The notes beneath the pieces were generated by a model. It did no database searches, was not told the DNA's origin, and saw only the letters and a list, made by a program, of their open reading frames with translations. Positions 1 through 6,948 of a stretch of DNA of 64,000 bases are shown here, piece after piece. Within the stretch, counting starts at the first letter, position 1. Every line of letters begins with the position of its first letter. The translations under genes and the position numbers were made by a program. The stretch lies in NCBI GenBank assembly GCA_016789445.1, contig JAEUQT010000001.1:195603-259602 (forward strand), read 5' to 3'. This DNA is from a bacterium. Lineage in GTDB: Bacteria; Patescibacteriota; Minisyncoccia; Phycocordibacterales; UBA2100.

Positions 1-233
1 AGCTTTGCGAGCTCGTCTGCCTTCGCGCCATCGATAGCGACATGCGTCAGCCCTTCGGCCGCTTCGCCTTCCGCATTGACCATGATGGGGTCGCCAAGAC
101 CTTCTCTTTTGAGTCTCTGCGCAGCATCCATGACCCGCCGATCGCCCGATTCCGGGAACAGGACCCGTACCTGTCCCGAGAGATTGCGTACGCGCGCTTC
201 CAATTGTTCCAAGAATGTTGTCATATTTTCCAT
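1..233 (-). CDS. pta: phosphate acetyltransferase-like protein, N-terminal fragment (runs off window edge)
   Basis: Reverse translation from ATG at 231-233 gives MENMTTFLEQLEARVRNLSGQVRVLFPESGDRRVMDAAQRLKREGLGDPIMV, resembling the Pta N-terminus (vlfPEgeDeRvl.AA). The ORF is open to position 1. Confidence 0.5.
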   Translation of the reverse strand, partial: MENMTTFLEQLEARVRNLSGQVRVLFPESGDRRVMDAAQRLKREGLGDPIMVNAEGEAAEGLTHVAIDGAKADELAK

Positions 234-316
234 CCTACTATGAACTATTTCCTGGGGGATGGTATCACGACCCTCTTCTCTTCGCATTCAGACGAACATC
301 GGTATGATAGGTCCAT

Positions 317-898
317 ATGCCTGAACGCATTCCGCCGCCGATTTTCACCGCCATTACCGTCGGCGAGATGACCGGAAAGACCGGGGAGATCTTCGACGTT
401 GTCATCGGACTCGACGAAGAGCGCGTCTCCCAACTCAAGAAATATTCGCTCGATATGAGCGATACTGACCTTCAAGAAAACACCTCGGATTATGCGCGCT
501 TCGGCGAAGGTTCGTATGAAGAGTGGTATGCGAAAGGCCGCACTCCGTTTGCACTCATCCACAAAGCAACAGGCATTCTTGCGGCGCTCATCTGGCTCGG
601 ACCGGAACCACTCGGAACAAAATCAATAAAGTACGGTGACACTACAAAGAAGGATGCTCCTCTCGGCGATTGGCACACGATCGCGTTCCGTGCGTACAAC
701 CCCTATCGCGGCCAAGGACTCATGAAAAACTTCGCACTTCAGGCGATTGAGATCTATACGAAGTATTTCCCCTCAGCGCGCATCTGGGCAGGCATCAATG
801 CGAAGAACGCGGCGAGCATCGCGCTTTCTGAGAAAATCGGATTGCATACAGAAGAGTCCGTCTCGGATGGGAACTGGACAGCGATGGTTTCCAGCTAG
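317..898 (+). CDS. GNAT family N-acetyltransferase
   Basis: 193-aa ORF. Acetyl-CoA binding motif YRGQGLMKNFALQAIE and C-terminal GINAKNAASIALSEKIGL are typical of GNAT proteins. Confidence 0.55.
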   Translation: MPERIPPPIFTAITVGEMTGKTGEIFDVVIGLDEERVSQLKKYSLDMSDTDLQENTSDYARFGEGSYEEWYAKGRTPFALIHKATGILAALIWLGPEPLGTKSIKYGDTTKKDAPLGDWHTIAFRAYNPYRGQGLMKNFALQAIEIYTKYFPSARIWAGINAKNAASIALSEKIGLHTEESVSDGNWTAMVSS

Positions 899-960
899 TC
901 TCCCCAGTACGTCTTCATACTCCATAAGGTTCCGAAATGGGGTCATGTATACTTTTGGAC

Positions 961-2244
961 ATGCGGGTGCGCAGAAATAACGCTCTCTTTCTCATTTTCA
1001 TCGCGGTTTGTTCCGCAACACTTTCTGCACCTTTCGTCACTGAGGCTGCATGTGAACGACCGGGCTCCGTCGAGATAACCGATGCGACACGAGCAACCGC
1101 ACGCAGCGCCGGAATTCCGGACTTCTGTACGCACTGGATTCCCGGTCAGCCATACGTGGGCCAGGAGGTCGGCGAAGCGAAGACGTACCTTAAGAACGTC
1201 CTCTGTCGTCCCGATGGAGATAACTACGGCGGCTATGGACCGGATGGCACCGTCGACAACCTGAATCCTGATTTCGCAAAATGCGCCGCAAAATTCATCC
1301 GCGATTATAGCTCCCAATTACAGGGCGCAATGCCGCTGCGCTCAGGCGGCAGTAATCCAATCTGCTTGAAAGAAGGGGCGCGCACGGTCCAGAAACAGAA
1401 TGAGTATGCGAACCGCGGGGTCATCGCCTGCAAACAAGGGGCCCGGTGCGAGCACCCGAGCGGCATCGCGATCGATATCAACACTTCGTCACAGCAGAAT
1501 TACGCACGCCTGCATGCGGCGGCGTGCGCATACGGACTCGTCTTCTACATGGGAATGAACGATGAGTATCATTTCGTACCTGCATCTAACCGCGTCGGAA
1601 AGAGAGACCGCATCACCTGCCCGCCGGCTGCAGCGCAGGTGAATTGTGCGGATCCGAATTTCCGCCCCCAGACCGATCTGACGCCAGCGAGCTCTCCTAC
1701 GGCAACGTTCGCGCAGACAGTACGCAATTGGCTCTCGCCGCAACAGCAAGTGACAGCAGCCCCTTCGCAGCCAGCACTACCATCACAGCCAGTGTCGACT
1801 TCCCAGAATCCACTCGATTCATTCAACCCCATACCAAGCACGCCGGTCACCGTACCGACGACGACCGCGACCACCTCGAACGCGGCAGCTGATCGATTGG
1901 AGGAGCTTGCGTTCGGAGGGCAATCGACAACATCGACCGCCACCGCGACCTCGGTCCCGCTCGTCGTCTCCGGCTCGGATGCAGCGGTTCTTACCGGAAC
2001 CCAACAGGCCTCGACGACATCCGTCACCACACAAGGGATGATCTCCCCCTCTCAGACGACCTTCACCTCAGGCGATCTTGCCTGGCAAGATGAGACCGTA
2101 TCGAGCAATCCGGTCAGTGGAGTTCAAGCGATCATCATTACGATCCGCGCCGCACTCAACCGCATCGGGCAGTACCTCGTACCGTTCGGCACCCGGAACG
2201 CTACGTCTGCAGAGGGTCACGAGACCGTCCAGATAGTCGAATAA
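961..2244 (+). CDS. secreted peptidase M15 (VanY-like D-Ala-D-Ala carboxypeptidase) with long Thr/Ser/Pro-rich C-terminal tail
   Basis: Signal peptide MRVRRNNALFLIFIAVCSATLSA. Zn-peptidase motifs EHPSGIAIDIN and EYHF correspond to the HxxGxAxD ... E-W/Y-H pattern. Residues ~250-400 are low-complexity T/S/P/A-rich. Confidence 0.6.
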   Translation: MRVRRNNALFLIFIAVCSATLSAPFVTEAACERPGSVEITDATRATARSAGIPDFCTHWIPGQPYVGQEVGEAKTYLKNVLCRPDGDNYGGYGPDGTVDNLNPDFAKCAAKFIRDYSSQLQGAMPLRSGGSNPICLKEGARTVQKQNEYANRGVIACKQGARCEHPSGIAIDINTSSQQNYARLHAAACAYGLVFYMGMNDEYHFVPASNRVGKRDRITCPPAAAQVNCADPNFRPQTDLTPASSPTATFAQTVRNWLSPQQQVTAAPSQPALPSQPVSTSQNPLDSFNPIPSTPVTVPTTTATTSNAAADRLEELAFGGQSTTSTATATSVPLVVSGSDAAVLTGTQQASTTSVTTQGMISPSQTTFTSGDLAWQDETVSSNPVSGVQAIIITIRAALNRIGQYLVPFGTRNATSAEGHETVQIVE

Positions 2245-2255
2245 ATCGAGGTTTT

Positions 2256-2265
2256 GTGGTATGAT
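2256..2265 (+). promoter_or_regulatory. extended -10 promoter element (TGgTATGAT) upstream of infC
   Basis: TGnTATGAT lies ~35 nt upstream of the infC ATG. The downstream 5'UTR contains hairpin CCGCAC-CCGA-GUGCGG followed by CAUUUUCAAA and AUG. Confidence 0.4.
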
Positions 2266-2300
2266 GCGCTCTCTCCGCACCCGAGTGCGGCATTTTCAAA

Positions 2301-2912
2301 ATGGGATTCACCAAATACACGACGCAAGCAGAAAAGACCCGCATCCGGATGAACGAAGGCATCCGGGTCCCTGAGGTGCGCGTCATCGGTCCGAACGCCG
2401 AGAACTACGGCGTCCTCCCTATCGACGAAGCCCTCCAGAAGGCCCGCGAGGCAGGCCTCGACCTCATCGAGGTCTCTCCGAACGCCCAGCCGCCGGTCTG
2501 CAAGATCACCGACTACGGCAAGTTCACCTACGAGCAGAACAAAAAGGACAAGGAGATCAAGGCGAAGACCCCTCGTGCCTCCGAGACCAAGGAGGTCCAG
2601 GTCAAAATCGGCACCTCCGACCACGATATGGGCATCAAGGCCGCCAAGGCCGGAGCCTGGCTCAAGGAGGGTCATCGGGTCAAAGTCGACCTTTTCCTCT
2701 GGGGCCGCTACAAGTACATGGAGTTCAACTTCCTCAAGGAGCGTCTGGAGCGCTTCCTTGCTATTATCCCGGAATCGTTTAAGATTGCGGACGAGATCAA
2801 GAAGAGCCCCAAAGGCCTCTCGGTCACCCTCGAGAGGGATGCCTCGAAAAAGCCTGCTTCTAAGCCACAAATGGCTCCGAAGACGGTGGAGGCCCCTGCA
2901 GAGGAAGCATAA
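2301..2912 (+). CDS. infC: translation initiation factor IF-3
   Basis: 203 aa; RMNEGIRVPEVRVIGPNAENYGVLPIDEALQKAREAGLDLIEVSPNAQPPVCKITDYGKF matches the IF-3 N and C domains. Followed by rpmI and rplT as in the canonical operon. Confidence 0.9.
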   Translation: MGFTKYTTQAEKTRIRMNEGIRVPEVRVIGPNAENYGVLPIDEALQKAREAGLDLIEVSPNAQPPVCKITDYGKFTYEQNKKDKEIKAKTPRASETKEVQVKIGTSDHDMGIKAAKAGAWLKEGHRVKVDLFLWGRYKYMEFNFLKERLERFLAIIPESFKIADEIKKSPKGLSVTLERDASKKPASKPQMAPKTVEAPAEEA

Positions 2913-2917
2913 TTTCT

Positions 2918-3100
2918 ATGAAGTCCAACAAGTCATACAAGAAGCGTCTTCGTGTCACGAAGAAAGGCAAAATCGTCGCCCGCGTCCCGGGCCATAACCA
3001 TTTCAACGCAAAGGCGTCTGGTTCGAAGCGCCAGCAGAAGTCCCGCAAGGTCGGCTTCCACGCGACGATGACCGCAACTGATAAGAGCCGCTTCCTCTAA
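2918..3100 (+). CDS. rpmI: 50S ribosomal protein L35
   Basis: 60 aa, basic; MKSNKSYKKRLRVTKKGKIVARVPGHNHFNAK. Sits between infC and rplT. Confidence 0.9.
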   Translation: MKSNKSYKKRLRVTKKGKIVARVPGHNHFNAKASGSKRQQKSRKVGFHATMTATDKSRFL

Positions 3101-3106
3101 ACATAT

Positions 3107-3451
3107 ATGGCACGCGTCAAACGAGGTACGATGAAGAATAAGCGCCGCAAGAATATCTTGGCGCAGACGAAGGGCTACCGCTTCGACCGCAAGTCGAAGG
3201 AGCGCGTAGCAAAGGAGGCTATCAAGCACGCCGGCTCCTATGCCTTCAAGCACCGCCGCGCGAAGAAGCGCGACATGCGCAACCTCTTCTCGCTCCGCAT
3301 CAATGCAGCTGCTCGCCCGCTCGGCTTCTCCTACTCGAAGCTCATCGGCGCTCTCAAGAAGAAGAACGTCACCCTCGACCGCAAGTCCCTCTCGACGCTC
3401 GCGAAGGACCACCCAGAGGTCTTCGAGAAGCTCGTCAAAGAACTCGCGTAA
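3107..3451 (+). CDS. rplT: 50S ribosomal protein L20
   Basis: 114 aa; MARVKRGTMKNKRRKNILAQTKGYRFDRKSKERVAKEAIKHAGSYAFKHRRAKKRDMRNLF is canonical L20. Confidence 0.95.
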   Translation: MARVKRGTMKNKRRKNILAQTKGYRFDRKSKERVAKEAIKHAGSYAFKHRRAKKRDMRNLFSLRINAAARPLGFSYSKLIGALKKKNVTLDRKSLSTLAKDHPEVFEKLVKELA

Positions 3452-3530
3452 GCGCTGTACGCTTTTCACGCCATCGCTCGGCGGGAATGTAAGCAAGCTT
3501 TCATTCCGCCCCTCGCTCGACGTGATAAAG

Positions 3531-3560
3531 AAAAACCCGGCCTAGGCCGGGTTTTTCTTT
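3531..3560. terminator. bidirectional intrinsic terminator (after rplT, and after the convergent ATP-grasp gene)
   Basis: AAAAACCCGGCC-UAGG-CCGGGUUUUUCUUU; a GC stem flanked by an A-run and a T-run. A second hairpin GGCGGGAAUG...CAUUCCGCC lies just upstream at ~3480-3510. Confidence 0.7.
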
Positions 3561-4818
3561 ATCCCTTCTTTTGCCACAGATCCCAAATGGCACTCGCCAC
3601 GTTGGACGTCTTCCCGTAGAGCGGATTGTAGTGCAGGTCGATGAACGGGAGCGTATTGGCTTCCAGTATCCCCCACTTCTGGGTATCAGGGTCGGTTTCC
3701 GGATCAGGAATGATGAGGTCGAATCCTGCGACAGGAGCATCGAGAAGGCGCACGAGCCGCTCGATGATCTCCCGAAGCTTCGGATGGATATCTTCGGGCA
3801 TCTCCCACGTTGCACCCCCGACCATGCGTCCGGAATGACGTGAGATCTCCAATACTTTCCCATTCTCAAGCACCGAATCCCAGCCATAGCCCTGTCGACG
3901 GATATATTCTTCGTTCTCCGCATCCATACGTATATCAGATACGCGTTCAAGCTTTGCGGAATTTTTCGCTTCGACAAGTTTACGAACAGACTTAACCCCA
4001 TCACCGGTGACGCGCGGCTGCACCTTGCGCAAGAATCCCACAATGCGACCATCAACAACTGTGGCGCGGCATAAATCACCCTTCAGATGCGTTTCGAAAA
4101 GCACCTGACGGCAAAGCTGTTGAGCGGAACGAAACGCGCGCTCGAATTCTTCCGCGGTCTGTACGTACGTAGTAGTGTGCCGCGCGCGCGATCCGAGACG
4201 CGGCTTTACTACAACCGGTTTCTCAGCCCTTTCAAATGCAGCACGAGCTTTCGTGAGGCTGGATGATATGAACGCATCTGCACAGGGAATACTGTTCGCC
4301 TGCAGGAACAACTTAAAATGTTTCTTATCGTCTGCCCATGAGTACGGCGCGTGTCCCACGCGTGGAATGGGTAGTCCTTCAAAATACAACCATTCGTTAT
4401 TGATTCGCGCACGATAGTAGTCGCTCGGCGTGCCGAAAACCGCAATCTGTTCCATGGGAATACCCCGACGCTCCGCTTCTTGCCATAGAACCAAGGTGCG
4501 ATTAGTGCGCGCGCCTTTGGGATCGCTCAATGTACGCTTACCACATGCAACATATGCGAGCCTGAGGAGAATCGGCTCGAGCGAATCAGCAAAGCGATGC
4601 ACGCGATCCATCGCTCGCCTGAAGCGAGGCATTTGCGCCAATGCGTCGTTCATCCAGCCATCGAGCGTACTCGAAATGAAGGTGGGAACGTGCGCCGTCG
4701 GAAAATCACTGCACGCCGGACAGGTACTGACCCCTTCCCGCGGCATGATCTCCTCCATCTCCCTAGTATAAAAGAAATCCCCTCTTGCGAGGGGAATCTT
4801 CTTAGTGATGGCCGCCAA
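3559..4818 (-). CDS. ATP-grasp domain protein (cyanophycin-synthetase N-terminal-like / RimK-like ligase)
   Basis: 419 aa. VVVKPRLGSRARHTTTYVQTAEEFERAF ... GDLCRATVVDGRIVGFLRKVQPRVTGDGVKSVRKLVEAKN resembles the CphA/RimK ATP-grasp core. The start appears to be TTG; the exact start is uncertain. Confidence 0.6.
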   Translation of the reverse strand: MAAITKKIPLARGDFFYTREMEEIMPREGVSTCPACSDFPTAHVPTFISSTLDGWMNDALAQMPRFRRAMDRVHRFADSLEPILLRLAYVACGKRTLSDPKGARTNRTLVLWQEAERRGIPMEQIAVFGTPSDYYRARINNEWLYFEGLPIPRVGHAPYSWADDKKHFKLFLQANSIPCADAFISSSLTKARAAFERAEKPVVVKPRLGSRARHTTTYVQTAEEFERAFRSAQQLCRQVLFETHLKGDLCRATVVDGRIVGFLRKVQPRVTGDGVKSVRKLVEAKNSAKLERVSDIRMDAENEEYIRRQGYGWDSVLENGKVLEISRHSGRMVGGATWEMPEDIHPKLREIIERLVRLLDAPVAGFDLIIPDPETDPDTQKWGILEANTLPFIDLHYNPLYGKTSNVASAIWDLWQKKG

Positions 4819-4900
4819 ATTTCATATCAGGCAATGCTTATCGACTATACGGCAATGGTACCACGCTCGAAAACCGCCATTTGTACCCTGGGGACAGTCT

Positions 4901-5584
4901 TTAGAGGATCATCTCGGCACCTTTACCTGTAGCGCCCCATCCATCGTGGTTGTTGTGGACCATGTTCTTCTCCTTCACCTTCCCTACCATCTCGATAAGA
5001 CGCTCCACAAGCGCTTTCGGGTCGGAATCGAAGGCAATGAATTCATTCGGGCGATGCGCCGCCGTGATGACCTCACGGATGAAATCGTCGGTACGCCAAT
5101 CGCCTTCGAGGACGCCGATAGGACGGCGGTCTTCGAATGAGACCGAGAATTCGTTGAGCGTACCCACGCGGCCCGGGCCGATGATCATCGCGTCGGATGA
5201 GCGCACGAAGAGGAGGTCGCGTCCCGCATAGCCGAAGCCAGTGTAGATGACGACATCCATGAAGTCCGTCGGGAGCTGATAGACCTCGATGTGTTCCTTC
5301 TCGGTGGATGCAGGAGAAAGCCCGATGGAAAAACCGCATTCATCCTTTGCGCCCATTGCCGCATAGAGCGGGAATCCGGTCGTGGCCCCCGTCGTGATGA
5401 TGCCTCCCTGCTTTGCGATCTGCCTGCCGATCTCACGGGCTTTCTCAAGCGCCTGCAGACCGAACGGACCCGCATCAGCGGTACCGGAAACGCCGATTTT
5501 CACGACGCCGTATCCATTCGGAAGTCGGCAGAAGTTCTTCGGCGGCGTGACGTGATTCGGATGGATCACTTTAAGCCGTGCCAT
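4901..5584 (-). CDS. TIGR00725/LOG-like (SLOG) Rossmann-fold protein
   Basis: 227 aa; KIGVSGTADAG ... QGGIITTGATTGFPLYAAMGA ... VVIYTGFGYAGRDLLFVRSSDAMIIGPGRVGTLNE resembles the COG1611/TIGR00725 family. Confidence 0.5.
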   Translation of the reverse strand: MARLKVIHPNHVTPPKNFCRLPNGYGVVKIGVSGTADAGPFGLQALEKAREIGRQIAKQGGIITTGATTGFPLYAAMGAKDECGFSIGLSPASTEKEHIEVYQLPTDFMDVVIYTGFGYAGRDLLFVRSSDAMIIGPGRVGTLNEFSVSFEDRRPIGVLEGDWRTDDFIREVITAAHRPNEFIAFDSDPKALVERLIEMVGKVKEKNMVHNNHDGWGATGKGAEMIL

Positions 5585-5960
5585 GAGGAATTATTTTATC
5601 ACGCGACAGGAGATACTTACCCACAGCATAGCCGGTGATACCGCCAAGGACGTCCATGAGAAGGTCGAGCGAGGTATCGAACGCGAAATTCGCTTCACGC
5701 GGGATGCCGCCCCAAAGCTCGAAGAGTTCCCAGCCGACACTGACCGCGATGATGATAAGGAGGACCCGCATGAATGTGAGCTTCCGATGCACCGATGAGA
5801 ACAGCCACATCGCCGCGAGAGCGACCCACATCGCACCGCCGAAATGCATGAAGACATCCAGCCACGGGAAGAGCCAGTAGAGATAGAGCTTGAGCGCAAT
5901 GATGTGTATCGCACCGATGAGTGCGATCAGGAATGCTTGTATGAAAAAGATATGACGCAT
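5571..5960 (-). CDS. VanZ-like family membrane protein
   Basis: Taking the MRHIFF start at 5960 (the ORF-track TTG start is 5975). Has 3-4 TM segments. Motif WELFELWGGIPREANFAFDTSLDLLMDVLGGITG matches the VanZ E..Q/R/D/N..G..G signature. Confidence 0.45.
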   Translation of the reverse strand: MRHIFFIQAFLIALIGAIHIIALKLYLYWLFPWLDVFMHFGGAMWVALAAMWLFSSVHRKLTFMRVLLIIIAVSVGWELFELWGGIPREANFAFDTSLDLLMDVLGGITGYAVGKYLLSRDKIIPHGTA

Positions 5961-6276
5961 GAAAATCCGGTACAAAGAAACTCCGCGCTGCGGAGTGTCT
6001 TTGAGGCGGCAGGTACGGCAATCCTGGCTTTATAGTCCAGGTGGGAGCCCGCAGAACCACAACCACGGTCATGGACGATATGAGGCTTCCCTATTTTGTA
6101 CCAGCAGGTTTTAGTACCAGCCGCTGGAGTCAGTATATCACTTTCAGTTTTCTGAAGAAGCTCGGGGAAAATCCTTCCGATACTAGGCGCGGGATGTACG
6201 CATTTGGAGTCGTACTGTGATACGGCGACAAATGCGTACGGGACCCGCAACGACGTAGCGGAGGATTTTAGCGAGC

Positions 6277-6912
6277 TTATTCAAGAATGCCGTCAAGATT
6301 AACGTCGTAGAGGATCGCCTCGCTTACCAAGCGGTAGTTGAGCAATTCTCCCTCCGTAAACCAGATCGCGATCTCGCGGTTCGCGTCTTCGACGTTCTCG
6401 GAGCAATGGATGAGGTTGCGGACTGCACGATCATCGACTGCGGAGATGCCGTACGAATCGAGCGTAAGGTCGCCGCGGATGGTACCGACGTCAGAGGTAG
6501 CAGGCTCGGTATCGCCGGTCACCTTGCGTGCCACGACTGCTGCCTGATTTCCTTCCCAGACCATCATGACGACGGGACCCGACGTCATGAACTTTACGAG
6601 CTGGCGGATGATGTCTTTGCCGTACTCGATCGGCTCCTTGTTGACCGGAAGACCGGCCGCCTTCTTGTCTTCGGTGATCTTGGTCCCCTTCTTGAGGAAC
6701 CACGCATCGTCCTTGTTGTAGTGCTCCCAGAGCTTCTTCTCGTCGGCGATACCGAACTTGATGCCCACGAGCTTGAGGCCGGTGCGTTCGTAGCGCTTGG
6801 TGATCTCGCCGATGAGCGAACGCTGGACGCCGTCCGGCTTGATAATGACGAATGTGCGCTCCTTTTTCGGATGTGCAGGCATATGAGTGTGGTTATGGCA
6901 GGCGTCTACCAA
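6277..6912 (-). CDS. ndk: nucleoside diphosphate kinase (with ~30-aa internal insertion)
   Basis: ERTFVIIKPDGVQRSLIGEI ... SGPVVMMVWEGNQAAVVARKVTG ... IRGDLTLDSYG ... NLIHCSEN. The true start may be MPAHP at 6882. Confidence 0.85.
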   Translation of the reverse strand: MVDACHNHTHMPAHPKKERTFVIIKPDGVQRSLIGEITKRYERTGLKLVGIKFGIADEKKLWEHYNKDDAWFLKKGTKITEDKKAAGLPVNKEPIEYGKDIIRQLVKFMTSGPVVMMVWEGNQAAVVARKVTGDTEPATSDVGTIRGDLTLDSYGISAVDDRAVRNLIHCSENVEDANREIAIWFTEGELLNYRLVSEAILYDVNLDGILE

Positions 6913-6948
6913 GGAGGTATCCCGGGGATACGCCTGCCGAACGATTAT

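Noticed and set aside
5976-6276. Considered tmRNA, RNase P RNA, SRP RNA and 6S RNA for this interval
   Set aside because: No tag-peptide reading frame ending ...AA-stop and no CCA-proximal T-arm were seen (tmRNA). No P4 GGAAAGUCCGG / ACAGAA-CCGGCUUA motif was seen (RNase P). No domain-IV GGAAGGAAGCAGC was seen (SRP). Kept only as an unclassified leader or sRNA candidate.
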